From Octopus vulgaris (Eukaryota), in the NCBI GenBank assembly GCA_951406725.2, contig OX597826.1, positions 44,764,001-44,828,000 on the forward strand: DNA of 64,000 nt. The letters are read 5' to 3'. The translations under genes and the position numbers were made by a program. Below the pieces are notes generated by a model that was not told the origin of the DNA, searched no databases, and was given only the letters and a program-made list of their open reading frames with translations. This document shows, piece by piece, positions 26,096 through 40,972 of this stretch. The number at the start of each line of letters is the position of its first letter. Position 1 is the first letter of the stretch.

Positions 26096-26430
26096 GATTC
26101 AGTTTGTTTGTGTAACTCGTGAATTTATTTATTAGATATTGTAAACTTATTTAGATTTATTATTATTATTTAAACATTACAATTGCCTCTTCTCTGCTTT
26201 TAAAAAGATTTTTTTAAAAATATATTTCAGAATACATGTTCATTGCTGCGCAGATCTTATCTGGTAAAATAAAAATGCTAAGTATTTTTGCTGATAGCTT
26301 CCAAAATATCTGAAGTGTACTTTAGATTTTTGAAAAACCTTCAGTTTTATTATTATTCTTTTTCTTTTGCTTTCAAGGAGATTTCATATATTTTTTTTTT
26401 GTTGGGTTTTATCGCAACGAACAGTAATTT

Positions 26431-26700
26431 TACTACACCACCATCATAATAATCGTCCTCCTCATCCTCCTCCTCCTCCTCATCATCATCATCATCAACA
26501 TCATCATCAACGTCATCATGATCATCATCATCATCTTCACCACAATCGTCGGCGTCGTCATCATCATCATCATCATTATCATCATCATCATTATCATCAT
26601 CATCATCATCATCATCATTATCATCATCATCATCATCATCACGACCATCGTCGTCGTCGTTGTCGTCATCATCATCATCATCATCACCACCACCGTCGAA
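26431..26700 (+). repeat. Compound (CAT)n/(CCT)n/(CGT)n microsatellite
   Basis: Direct reading. Confidence 0.95.
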
Positions 26701-26923
26701 ATCAATAACGTCTCTTGCATTTCTTTTTTTTTTATATAAAGAATTTTATTTAAAGAAAATTTTTAATTCTTTAGATTTTCGCAACTGCACGCTTTGGTTG
26801 GTTTTCCCAGTTCTGTAGAGACATAATCAACCAAATTCTTCATAGGAATGAGATTAAATATATTTCCTCTCTGAACATCTGAGATTTACTTTGCAATATT
26901 ACATCGATTTCTTTTCTTTACTG

Positions 26924-26969
<46 letters not shown>

Positions 26970-27029
26970 TTACTACTACTACCACTACCACTACCACTAC
27001 CATCACTACTACTACTACTACTACTACTA

Positions 27030-27126
<97 letters not shown>

Positions 27127-27145
27127 CACCACCACCACCACCACC

Positions 27146-27185
<40 letters not shown>

Positions 27186-27228
27186 GTAGTTGTAGTACTA
27201 CTACTACTACTGCCGCAACCACCACAAC
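26924..27228 (+). repeat. (CTA)n/(CCA)n microsatellite
   Basis: Direct reading; gives the poly-T/poly-V ORFs. Confidence 0.97.
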
Positions 27229-27345
27229 CTGGGTCTGAAATTTATGGTGGGAGATCTCGGCAGCATTTGAAATGAGAATGTAAATCCGGAAGATATGCTG
27301 ATAAGCATTTTTTCCGGCATGCTAAAGATTCTGCCAGCCTGCTGT

Positions 27346-27424
<79 letters not shown>

Positions 27425-27477
27425 TTGATAATAATAATTAGAATAGAATGCCATGATGCAGTACCAATAATAATAAT

Positions 27478-27625
27478 GGTTTCGAATTTTGGCACAAGAG
27501 CTGCAATTTGGAGAAAGGGTTAAATCGATTACATCGACCCCAGTGTACAACTGGTATTTAATTTATTGACCCTGAAAGGATGAAAGGCAAACAAAATTTG
27601 AACTCAGAACGTAGCAGCAGACGAG
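27478..27625 (-). mobile_element. Family B SINE body (head remnant at about 27260-27345, beyond an (AAT)n tract)
   Basis: tcgattacatcgaccccagtg...gaaaggatgaaaggcaaa...tttgaactcagaacgta. Confidence 0.75.
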
Positions 27626-27627
27626 TA

Positions 27628-27836
27628 TAATGATGATGATGATGATGATTATGATGATGTTGATGATGATGATGATGATGACGATGATGACGATGGTGAC
27701 GATAATGTTGGTTTCAAATTGTGGCATCATACCAACAACAAAAAGAACAGCGAAAGCAACGGGTATAATAACAGCAATGTTAATGGTTGAAGAAGAAGAA
27801 GAAGAATAAGAATTAGTAGAAGTAGTAGTAGTAGTC

Positions 27837-27897
<61 letters not shown>

Positions 27898-27957
27898 AAA
27901 GAAGAAGAAGAAGAAGAAGAAGAAGAAGAAGAAGAAGAAGAATGAGAAGAAGAAGAA
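27628..27957 (+). repeat. (GAT)n, (TAG)n and (AAG)n microsatellites
   Basis: Direct reading. Confidence 0.95.
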
Positions 27958-28653
27958 AATGTTGACGATGAAGTAGATGAATGGTTTTGCTACGTAGTGT
28001 TAAATATTATGGTGACATAATGTCACGATAGTACAGCTTTCAATTAGAGATGAATGTCAACCATGATGGAATGCAGACATATGCTTTAATTACAGGTCTT
28101 GAGGCGAAAGTGCCTCATTATAACAATTGTTGCTAAATGCAATGAGTCTCTAGTCTTTAGATTTTCACAATGTGTAGGGTTCCATGCAGAAAGTGAATGA
28201 TGACGGGAGATAACATTCAGTTGCATATACGTTAAGTTCGATTAAACCTATTAGAGTAAAAGAAGGTCGGATGGAGGAGCCTTGACCATATTTGTTCTGG
28301 TTTTGAAGTTTTTAGTTCTGTCTTCCGTCCTCAGCTTTAACACCACCACTTGTCCCTTCGGTGGCTTAAGCGGGCTATACTCTATTGTAAGCAGTTTGCA
28401 TATAATTTCTTTCTATCTTCCCACCAGCATTTTTGGCCACCTGCATCAGGTGGCGAGAAAAAAACTGATAGGAATATATGAAAAGAAGACATATATTCAC
28501 TTCCTGAATATATGGTAACAAAAAATGAAGATTAATTATTATTAAGACTGGAAAGAAAAGAGTAAAATATTCCTGATTCTTCAAAACGTATATACATGAG
28601 ACATCAAGAATATCTGTATACAATATGTTCTCCATTATTTCCAGAGGTCCCTT

Positions 28654-29162
<509 letters not shown>

Positions 29163-29519
29163 GCATGAACTTGCATTTCCTTTTATATATATATAAAAGG
29201 AATCACAGAAAATGTGATGTTACATGATTTATAGTGAATATCATTCATATTTGATGACTCAGGATAAATTGTAGTGCGGGAGATGTATTGTTGGAAGCAA
29301 TACGTACTGAGTGATATAACTATGTGAACTATAAGATATCGCAATAAACGCTGTGACCTGGTTCTGATTCTACAGTTTTGCAAACTACGAATGAATAGCT
29401 TATCCTTTGCACTTTCTACAGAGTTCTGATATTTATGTAGTAATACACATGCTCACACACACATGCTCACGTATCTATGTATTTCTCTCTCTCCCTCTGT
29501 GCCTCTGTCTTTCTCTCTA

Positions 29520-29562
<43 letters not shown>

Positions 29563-29655
29563 ATATCTTCTGATACCAATCTCTGTTACTCTCACACACT
29601 CTGTCTCCACATGCACGTACACACACACACACGCACACACACACACATATATATA

Positions 29656-30056
29656 GACGCAGGCGTGGCCGTGTGATAAGAAACTTGCTTCCCAACCACA
29701 TCGTTTGGGTTTCACATTAATTGTCTGGCACCTTGGACAGGTATTTTCTTCTTTCGCCTTAGGGCCGACCGAAGCCTTATCAGTGGATATGGTAGACGGA
29801 AACTGAAAGAAGTCGGGTATATATATCTATATGTGTGTGTGTATGTATATATGTATATATATATATATATATATAAATGTGTGTGTGTGTGTGTATCTTT
29901 TTATCGCCACTACTGTTTAACGAGCAGTATTGGTGTGTCTGCATCCCAGTAACCTAGCCCTCCGGGAAGAGAAGCCGATGCCGTAAGTACTAAAGATTCA
30001 TGGTGGTACACCAGCATGGCCGTACTCAAATGACTGAAACATATAAAAGATAAAAC
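29656..30056 (+). mobile_element. Diverged family A SINE
   Basis: gacgcaggcgtggccgtgtg...ggtagacggaaactgaaagaag...ccagcatggccg...aaatgactgaaac. Confidence 0.8.
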
Positions 30057-30419
30057 ATGTATAAATGTATATCTATATATATTTACACACACACGCGCGC
30101 GCGCGCGCACACATGTACTCAGTCACAAACATACAGTAGGGTCTGTAGCGGTGACTAATGGCAACGGTTGAGAGACAGTGACGCATAATCCGAGCGGTTA
30201 TCCACCTCATTTCATTGAAAAACAAGTGTTATGTTACTGCAACCTTTCATGATCGTATTGCAGTATAAGTACAGAATAGGATATGAGGAGTCTTCGTCAG
30301 AAACGCATACTTATATGTATATATTACTACTATTCGAACGGCCACACAAATTGCTTAACTCAGTACACACACCACACACCCTCATGTACACTCCCACACC
30401 CACACAATCACGTAATACC

Positions 30420-31036
30420 TATTTCTTTACTACCCACAAGGGACAGAAGGGACAGACAAGGACAGACAAACTGATTAAGAGGGGGCCAGTCGATAATCTC
30501 AGTAAGCAACTGGTACTTAATTTATCGACTCCGAAAGGATGAAAGGCAAAGTCGACTTACTCAGAATGTAAAGACAGATGAAATACCAATGTGTATTTTG
30601 CCTGGTGTGCTAACGTTTCTTATTTCTTTATTGCCCGCAAGGGGCTAAACATAGAGGGGACAAACAAGGACAGACTAAGGGATTAAGTCGATTACATCGA
30701 CCTCGTGCGTTACTGGTACTTAATTTATCGACCCTGAAAGTATGAAAGGCAAAGTCGACTTCGGTTGAATTTGAACTCAGAAAGTAACGGCAGATAAAAT
30801 ACCTATTTCTTTACTACCCACAAGGGGCTAAACACAGAAGGGACAAACAAGTACAGAAAAACGGATTAAGTCGATTACATCGACCCCAGTACGTAAGTGG
30901 TACTTAATTCATCGACCCCGAAAGGACGAAAGGAAAAGTCGACCTCGGCGGAATTTGAACTCAGAACGTAGCGGCAGACGAAACACAGCTAAGTATTTCG
31001 CCCGACGTGCTAACGTTTCTGCCAGCTCGCCGCCTT
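30420..31036 (-). mobile_element. Head-to-tail trimer of family B SINE (Meta-domain-like core)
   Basis: Units 30804-31036 (full), 30621-30803 and 30420-30620 (both 5'-truncated). Core gcctttcatcctttcggggtcgataaattaagtacc resembles the MetaSINE domain. Confidence 0.92.
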
Positions 31037-31147
31037 AATTCTCAGAAATAGTAAACCGGAAAATATCCGAACGCACTTTTTAAAAATGTTTCTCCCTTAG
31101 TCATCCGTTTTCATATCTGAATGCTGATAGCACAACATCCTTGCGAT

Positions 31148-31463
31148 TACCATCACCACCACCACCACCACCACCACCACAACCACCACCACCACAACCA
31201 CCAATACCACATCCACCACCACCACTACCATCGCCACCTCCAGCTCCACTATCGACGAGTCCTGTCGATGACGCTACAGCCACACCACCTTCACACCTAC
31301 CACCACCACCACCACCACCACCACCGCCACCACCACCACAACCACCAATACCACATCCACCACCACCACTACCATCGCCACCACCAGCTCCACTATCGAC
31401 GAGCCCCGTCGATGACGCTACAGCCACACAACCTTCACACCTACAACCACCACCACCACCACC

Positions 31464-31540
<77 letters not shown>

Positions 31541-31541
31541 C
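31148..31541 (+). repeat. (CCA)n-rich 144-bp tandem duplication followed by (CTA)n
   Basis: atcgacgag.cc.gtcgatgacgctacagcc at 31251 and 31395. Confidence 0.95.
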
Positions 31542-31798
31542 ACGTATGTTGCAGTTGCTATAAAAAATGCTATGTATAGCAATTGCAATTAGCAGCTCTA
31601 GAATTAGCAGTAGGAACTGCTGTTGCAGTAGCTGCTTTGAAATAAGCGCACAGACCATTGCCTGTCAATTCCTGCCACTGCTTCATTGAGTGATGATGCA
31701 ACACTTTACAAGGGATCACATCTGTTCAAAACTGGGCTTTTGCTTCGTTCAAATAACTCAGATTATTATTATTATTATCATTATTATTATTATTATTA

Positions 31799-31841
<43 letters not shown>

Positions 31842-31949
31842 CATCATCATGATAATAAAAATGATCATCATCATTTTTATTTTTAGTAGTAGTAGCAGTA
31901 GTAGTAGTAGGGGGAGGAGGAGGGAAGGGAAGGTGAGGAGTAATAATAA

Positions 31950-32478
<529 letters not shown>

Positions 32479-33233
32479 GTGAAAACAGCGTGCGACCAAA
32501 TAAGCAATTAAGAGAAACCTCGAAGTGAATTGGCTTCCATCGACAGGAATGGAGCGTACTGGGATGTTTGCTTTGTCATTGGAAAACAAGTAATAGCTGG
32601 GGTAAAGGTCGAATTGTTACGCTAAAACAATAAAGCAGCTTGTTCCATAAAATATACGGAGTCGCGTAATACAAGATAACCGTATTTTTCCGGACGTTGA
32701 TCTTTGCTCCACTATGTCCTTTGCAACACAATATGGACAATATGTTATTGCCAATGTGTTAGAGATGACTCATGTTTTGGTGAGGCTAACATGAACAAAC
32801 ATAATTTAATGGACTCTGAGAACCGTAGATGCACTAAAGCTTTTAGGCGTGCAAAGTGAGGAATATAACCCCTGTGACATGCATGAGAGCGACAACTAAG
32901 TAAAGGGTTTTTTTTAATGTGGATCCTGGAAAGCACAGGAGGAGAGGGAGTGGAAGGTTGCAGCAGCACAGGACCCAGAAACACTTTTGTCGTAGCTCGA
33001 AGTATTGACCTTTTTCTCCTGTCCTAGGAGCATACGACTAGAAAGACAATTAATAAACAACGATCAAACTGGTAATCGAAATTCTTTTCCTCCTGGTATA
33101 CCGCTCAATTTTCTTTTAATGATGGAGGATTATTAGATAATGGATAAAGATGGCAATGTTTCGGATAATTATAATGCAGAAGAAAAGCAAGATATATATA
33201 TGGGTTGAATCATATAATTAGTTTATATATATA

Positions 33234-33640
33234 GGCGCAGGAGTGGCTGTGTGGTAAGTAGCTTGCTAACCAACCACATGGTTCCGGGTTCAGTTCCACT
33301 GCGTGGCACCTTGGGCAAGTGTCTTCTGCTATAGCCCCGGGCCGACCAATGCCTTGTGAGTGGATTTGGTAGACGGAAACTGAAAAATATGTATGTATAT
33401 ACATATATGTGTGTGTGTATGTGTTTGTGTGTCTGTGTTTGTCCCCCTGGCGTTGCTTGACAACCGATGCTGGTGTGTTTACGTCCCCGTCACTTAGCGG
33501 TTCGGCAAAAGAGACCGATAGAATAAGTACTGGGCTTACAAAAAATAAGTCCCGGGGTCGATTTGCTCGACTAAAGGCGGTGCTCCAGCATGGCCGCAGT
33601 CATATGACTGAAACAAGTAAAAAGAGCAAAAAAAAAAGAA
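33234..33640 (+). mobile_element. Full-length family A SINE
   Basis: ggcgcaggagtggctgtgtggtaag head through tgactgaaacaagtaaaaagag tail. Confidence 0.93.
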
Positions 33641-33974
33641 GACCATATATATATAATTCTAATTTTCACCACATCGTTTTTGTGAAGATGTGAGGTGTAA
33701 CGTTCAAGTTATGCTGCTCATGATCGTTAGGATGTGGGTCCTATTCTCAGACCATGAGGCGCATTATATCATTAGGCAAGGCATATTTCGGGCTACTCCA
33801 GTTTAATTAGTTGAAAAATGACTACGTTCACTGATGATCGTTCAGTGAGTTCAGGTCTTGTACATTCATTCAAACGCCGCAGAAATCTGAAGAATTTCGG
33901 GTATCATGAGACACTAAGTTCGAGACTGGAAAAAGTTGCATCATCTTAATTTGTATTTTATATAATATGGAACA

Positions 33975-34260
33975 CATGCGTGCTATCTTCCCTATCTTTC
34001 CTATCACAGCCTATACTCCTCAAAGCTGGCTGGTTTTATACCTGCATCACTCAGGCACCCTATACCTCACTTCTTTTCTTCAGTCTTGTTGCGTTCAATT
34101 TATTTTCCACCCTGTACTATGCCTTATACCCAGTTCTTTCAGCTCAGAACATCATCCATCTAGAATCCTCTCTTGCTCATATCTTTATTGCAGGTATTGA
34201 TTGGCCCGCAACGCATCAGACAAAACATTAAATGCATCAGTCGTCTCTGAGGGCCTGCAC
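33975..34260 (-). mobile_element. Possible highly decayed RTE-type LINE C-terminal fragment
   Basis: Purine-rich minus strand with faint resemblance to RTE post-RT motifs; many stops. Confidence 0.3.
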
Positions 34261-34374
34261 GAGCTATGGGAACTGCCTCTTCTTCCACACAAAAAGAAAC
34301 TAGTGTCGATATAATCGACTATCACATCCCTAAATGCCTGGCCTAAAACAAAAACAATTCTTCCTAAAATATTA

Positions 34375-35085
34375 AACTGGCAGAATCGTTAAAGCGTTAG
34401 GAAAAATGTATAGGGTAATTTTTCCCGGCGCGTTTCATCCTGTGCGCAAATCAGGCAGTGGTCAGTTTTGCTTTTCATTCCTCGGGGTCGATAACCTAAA
34501 GTACCAGTCAAGTACTAGATTGTCGATGGTAACGGCTAACGCCTTTCCTTAAATTATTAATTTATTTATTTACTTATTTGCTTTGTGCCTAAATGAGGAA
34601 CCATTATTATTTCAAGGGCGATGAGCTGGCAGAATCGGTAGCGCGTTCGACGAAATGCTGCTCAGTATTTTGTCCATTTTTGCATTCTGTTTCCAAATTC
34701 CGTTGAGGTCGACTTTGACTTTTATCATTTCGAGATTGATAGATTAATAAACAGTCAATTACTGGTATTGATGTAGTAACCCCCTACCAGAATAGCGCCC
34801 TACCGGAAAATTTCAAGCTTTATGCCTATAGTAGAAAGGATAATTAAAACGGTACTGTCCTGGCTAAATCATTAGCACATCAAACGAAATAATTAGTGGC
34901 TATACTTCCGGTTTTTTTTATGCTCTGAGCTTGGATTTCAATGCGATCAAATTTGCCTTTCATTCTTTCGGCGTCGATAAAATGTTAAGCACCAGTCTAG
35001 TCCTGTGTTCTACATAGCGACTAACCCACTCCCTCAAAAAAAAAAAAAAATGATCTTTGGCTTTGTCCCAAATTTTGAAAGAATT
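34375..35085 (+). mobile_element. Three tandem diverged family B SINEs
   Basis: ctggcagaatcg-type heads near 34377, 34626 and 34860, each followed by the cttt(t)cattc..tcgg.gtcgata core. Confidence 0.8.
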
Positions 35086-35766
35086 ACTATGGTCGTTATT
35101 ATCATTTCTTTGCAAACCTGTATTTCTTCGCACGTATGTGGAGAGAAGTATCACTTTTGGAAGATGTTTTTGTTCGCCTTCATCAAATATTAAAACCGCT
35201 AATAGAACAGATGATGTCCTTTGCTTTCTAGATTCACTGAAAATTACTCGACTATTTTTAGCCGTAGTTGAAGGTGTCAGAATAAACCGCAGGACGGTTT
35301 GACCTATTGATGTTACAGCGAAACAACAGCCTTTAGGGATAATTTCGGTTTTGCCAATTACACATTTTATGTACACAATTTAGTTGTTCACATAAGAGAA
35401 TCGATAATATATCACTGCACAGCAATCAGAGATTTTGAAGAGACTAAAGAAAATGAACAAACTGTCTGGTATTACTTTATTACAGCCACGGTATCCAATT
35501 TCATTTTCCACTTGTTTTAACTAACAAATCAAATGACTATATATATATATGTAAAGAAAACGGACGTTAATATATAGTATTTGTCTAATAAAATGATGTG
35601 GCTATATTAAGTTACTTTATTAAAAGATTTCTGATGTTCGATGTATTTACTAATTCTAAGGAAAGTTCAGTTACATTGTATTTCATTACGTTTAAGCCAC
35701 TTAAGCTCCACGGAAGATTCCTTCTGTCCCATATATAATACCATTAAGGTATGTATGTATATGTAT

Positions 35767-35878
35767 GTCATTATTCAGTTTATTTCAAGATTTCTTGCCA
35801 ATAGAGATATGACTGGTTTCTAACCTAGATTCAGGGTTCCTTGATTGGAATTTCAACATCAGCAACGGGATAGTGTTG
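35767..35878 (-). mobile_element. 3'-terminal ~110 bp of the R4/Dong-like LINE, embedded in (TATG)n
   Basis: Reverse complement matches 8400-8497 and 61804-61915 (gaaattccaa...tctaggttaga...ggcaagaaatc...aactgaa..atgac). Confidence 0.85.
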
Positions 35879-35910
35879 TATGTATGTATGTATGTATGTA
35901 TGTATGTATT

Positions 35911-36143
35911 AAGGCGGCGAGCTGGCAGAATCGTTAGCACGCCGGGCGAAATGCGTAGCGGTGTTTCGTCTGCCGTTACGTTCTGAGTTCAAATTCCGCC
36001 GAGGTCGACTTTGCCTTTCATCCTTTCGGGGTCGATAAATTAAGTACCAGTTACGCACTGGGGTCGATATAATCGACTTAATCCGTTTGTCTGTCCTTGT
36101 TTGTCTCCTCTGTGTTTAGCCCCTTGTGGGTAGTAAAGAAATA
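35911..36143 (+). mobile_element. Young full-length family B SINE
   Basis: aaggcggcgagctggcagaatcgttagc...gagttcaaattcc...gtaaagaaata, inserted in (TGTA)n. Confidence 0.93.
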
Positions 36144-36344
36144 TGTATGCATGTATGCATGTATGTATGTATGTATGTATGTATGTATGCATGCATGCAT
36201 GTATGTATGTATGTATGTATGTACGTAGCATGTGTGTACGTATGCATGTATGTATGTATGCATGTATGTATGGGCAAATTTGTACGCTTTATGTATGTAT
36301 TGTCACGCATATAGTTACATCTCTAGACATACTGGAACATTTTA

Positions 36345-36399
36345 CAAATTGCTACTGCTTCAGTGATGGTTGTCAAGCGGTGGTAAGAGACAAACAAAT

Positions 36400-36458
<59 letters not shown>

Positions 36459-36612
36459 TATACGACGGGCTTCTTTCAGTTTTCGTCTACCAAATCAGCT
36501 CACAAGGAACTGGTCGGCCCGAGGGCATAGTAGAAGAAGCTTGCCAGAAGTGTCACGCAGTGAGATTGAAACCGGAAACATGTGGTTGGGAAGCAAGCTT
36601 CTTACCACACAC
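36345..36612 (-). mobile_element. Family A SINE, partial
   Basis: cgacgggcttctttcagttttcgtctaccaaatc...gcaagcttcttaccacac. Confidence 0.8.
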
Positions 36613-36858
36613 ACAATGCAAGTTTCGTGTAGTTGTAGTGTTTTGGTCTATATATCTATACATATATAATGCAGTGGTGAATTGATGTTTTTGTTCAGTA
36701 GCATACGTGAATAATGTTCAACGTATATTTACTAATTCCAGTTGTTTGTATTTAATTACAGTCAAGGCATTTAAGGATTCTTATGTGGTTTATAATACAT
36801 AATTTAGCCCGCGCGTGTGTGTAAGTGTATATGTGTGAATGTGTGAGTGTGTGTGTGG

Positions 36859-36935
<77 letters not shown>

Positions 36936-37662
36936 GGTTGATCGTCGAATCTGAGAAAGACAGCAGTGCAATTTCTAGCTGAAAAACCTGCGGAGATGAT
37001 TCCTGTATCGCGATCAAATATATGTGCTGCGCATAAGCACACACCTCCCATCAAATCGAAATTGTATGTGCAGGTTCAGGGTATGCCATGCATCAGGCGT
37101 CGTCGCAGTGATTACAGCGCCACATGAGATGAAGTGTTTTACTCAAGGTATACAACGCAGCACCAGTACCGGGAATCGAACTCTCTATCGTGCGATTGTG
37201 ATTGCAACACCCTAACCACTAGGCCACTCTTCCTCTCTCTCTCTCTCTTTCACGCACACACATGCACATCGAGAAACATACACTTCAAGCATGGGGACAT
37301 GGCGGTTAGTCGATATCACTAACCCCAGTACTTGACTGATATTTTTATTTCTCCGAATATGGAAGAATAAAAAGCATAGCTTTCCGTGGCTGGATTCGAA
37401 CTCAGGGCTCAAAAGTTTGGAAGAAATACTTTACAGCATTCACATTCTATCCATTGTCCTAACGAGTCTACCAAATACCACTAACATTATTTATTTATCT
37501 ATCTATCTATCTATCTATTTATCTATCTATATATCCATTTATCTAACTATCTATCTATCTACACATACATACATATACATATATACACCTAGATATACGT
37601 ATCTCTCTCTCTCACACACACATACACACACTCCCTCTCTCAATATATATATATATATATAT

Positions 37663-37715
<53 letters not shown>

Positions 37716-37737
37716 CATATATATACGTGGGTATGTA

Positions 37738-37769
<32 letters not shown>

Positions 37770-38471
37770 ACGATTGATTCGTTTGGAGTGTTTATTTTAT
37801 ATATTTCCACATTGCAATGGTAATGTGGTGTTTTTTGTTCAGCAGCATAGATGAATGAATACTCAGCTGGCGTTCAACCAAAAAGAGCTACAGTTCCAAT
37901 TAGGTTAAAATATGATTGGCTGAGAGTTTGGTTACGAATTCAACATTGAAACAACGATGCATGTTGAATGGTGAAAAAGTGTTCTGTAGTGAACCACTGA
38001 TTGGCTAGTTGGACCTCTCTTTTGAACTAAAACGTCTAACGAGATTGTTGTTCACGAATGCATAGACTGAAAAAAATATTTTAATACGACAAAAAAAAAA
38101 ATAGAAAGAAAAAGATTAGCGCAGAATCTCTATGATGTTACTACTAATAAAAAAAAATTAGTAGTTGAGAAATTGTCGATTTATCATCGTGAAATCTAAG
38201 TAATGAAAATTTCATTTATAAACGCGTGACATTATGGGTAGAATAACATTCACTGGAATCAGTCAGAGACATAAAATGTATTTTAAAAATATAATTTAAA
38301 AATGCCTTTGATGATATTTAAGTTTTTAATTATTTAGTTTATAAAACGTTGCACACCAATTTATAATGCTCATTCGATCTCCAACGAACAGTATACACTT
38401 AATGACCTTCTATTATATTTAATCATTGACCAGAAAATATAAATGATTACTAGCGCATTAAATTATAATTC

Positions 38472-38502
<31 letters not shown>

Positions 38503-40204
38503 CCGGTCACATTATTTTTTTCTAATTGGAGAGAAGTTGCTTCATAATAGAAAGGGGGTGATTCCTATGTATGCATGTGTCTGTAAAATGATTTTCAAAT
38601 CACTGACACGAGGTAACACCGATTCATGGCGCTGGTATTGTAATCGACATTTTACTGTTTATTTATGAGAGTAGTAACACTGTAAAGGCAGACGCATGTC
38701 AGTTTAACTAAATATTTGCATGGTGTTAAAGTTTATAAACAATTAAACTGTAATTCGGAATCTGAACGCTAGCAGACAGTCATTTCCTCACTTCAAATGA
38801 ATAGATATCTAAATCACTATGCTATTAATGTACTGCATTTAGATTATTAATCATTTATTATGCTTGAGACAATTGATATCAGGAACAGGCTTCTTGAACT
38901 TCTCATACAGTGTAAGTCAAATTGGCCTACAAACCAAAATGCCATTCGTAAGTTCAGACAATCTTCAGAAAAGTCTCAGACCTATTTATTTAAAACAGTT
39001 CAACTATTTGGAAGAATACAGTTTCTTAACAAAACCAGGAGCAAAGTATTACCAACAATCTATCTTTTTTTTGGGGGGGGCTTGAAATCTAGGATTCATT
39101 AGGCCCGTTATCCCTTTTCCATGGCGTTCTAGGGACGGAGATCACAATATCCCCCTGAAAGACATACCGGCTCAAAACTAGTTTCAAGTATACCAGTTTT
39201 TGAGGGGAGAAGACAGGATGAAAACATCGGCCTTAGAACATGACTGGTACTTTATTTCATTGATCCAAATGTAGTGAAATCAAGGCTGACCTCGTGGGGA
39301 TTCGAACCGAGATCTTTAAAAACCCGAAGAAATACTGCTAAGTAGTTTGTCCGATTCTGCCTGCTCATCGCTCTCGATACTCAACAGGTTTGTTTATATC
39401 ATTGTTTGATAGGTTTAGTGCAAATATCAAGAAAGTGGGTCCTTGTATATGTACTACATGTATGTTACTTATTCTATCTAACCAAACTATGTGCCAAAGA
39501 CAATTCGTAAAATCTTGTCATTCTTTGAAAAGAAAAGAAAAGAAAAGAAAAGAAAAGAAAAAAGAAGGACTGTCCAAATCTACCGAAATAAAAGACATTT
39601 AAATACAGAGAATATTTTATTTTGAGCAGAATGTTAATTTCTAAGTCTAATAGGGTTAAATGTTATCGCTTCAACAATGTGTTCGGTGCAAGATTGTGTC
39701 GTTGTTTGATCAATGTTTCAAAACAAAGTATGTAGGAATAGTATAATAATCTTCAAAACTGATACAATTTATATAAAGAAGCAACACGTTAAACAATACC
39801 GAATGAAATTGAATAATCTTATCTCAATTATTCAATTATTCAAAAAAAAAAAAAACTAAAAAATTTTAATCCTCGATATAAAGCGAGAAATTCTCCAAAT
39901 CAATAAGTGTACATAGGAATATGAAATATTTGGAACTCTTCAGCTTTAGTTTACTGATATTCATTGTACCCAAACATTTGCAGTTATTCACTTTATTTTA
40001 CTTCTGTTCATTTTTTTTCTTACTTTCTCCCTCGTTTTAATTCTATTTTGCTAGCCTGCGTATCTTACCTGCTTTCAGAATATGTGGGCGTATAATTATG
40101 CATATACATGTACATACACATGTGGGTGTGTGTGTGTCTGTGGGAGAGTATCTGTGTTTGTGTAGGGGCCATGTGTGTGCATACATATATATAAATATAT
40201 ATGC

Positions 40205-40237
<33 letters not shown>

Positions 40238-40348
40238 TAAATATATACACTCTGAGAAAGACAAAGATATACATCTATATAAATATTGACATACAAATTC
40301 AAACACGTATCTGTATGCGAATTCACATAAATTTGTAAAACATACGTG

Positions 40349-40471
<123 letters not shown>

Positions 40472-40905
40472 GCACACATAACAGTTATGTTTTTACACAC
40501 ATGTGGTTTCTAAAGCTCTTATGCATGCATTAATGAATATTTCGATATCAATAATTGTTTGCTTACGTCGAAGTTGCTTAATCAAGTAGCTTTTCAACAT
40601 ACTCCTCTACCCAATGTATCTTTCTTCAAACATACTTCAAGACACACTTCTCATGCTTTTCTTTATTACAATTTTAAAAACTGAAGAAAACAGAAATATT
40701 TTAATCTTGAATTTCAAACTTAGTTTTTCTACTCTAAACTCGAATGCATTGCTTTCTCATGCATACTCAAGTAATAACTATGAAACTATGAATTCGTGAA
40801 CGTTTTCGCCACACACGCACATTGCCGCATGCGTGCATATCTCTTTTTGCGTATAAATAAATATTTAAATATATATAAACATTCTCTCTCTCCCCTTATA
40901 CATAC

Positions 40906-40972
<67 letters not shown>

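Noticed and set aside
30232-30306. Minus-strand CTGACGA...GAAA...GTA hammerhead-like spacing
   Set aside because: Stems I, II and III do not pair at the core; at best a heavily decayed relic.
30420-31036. Regularly spaced repeats suggestive of a CRISPR array
   Set aside because: Units are ~200-bp SINE bodies with homologous spacers, in eukaryotic DNA with no cas genes.
40672-40712. CTGAAGA-aaaca-GAAAT...ATC motif
   Set aside because: Only 2 bp of stem I in AT-rich sequence; shows the chance background for core-only matches.
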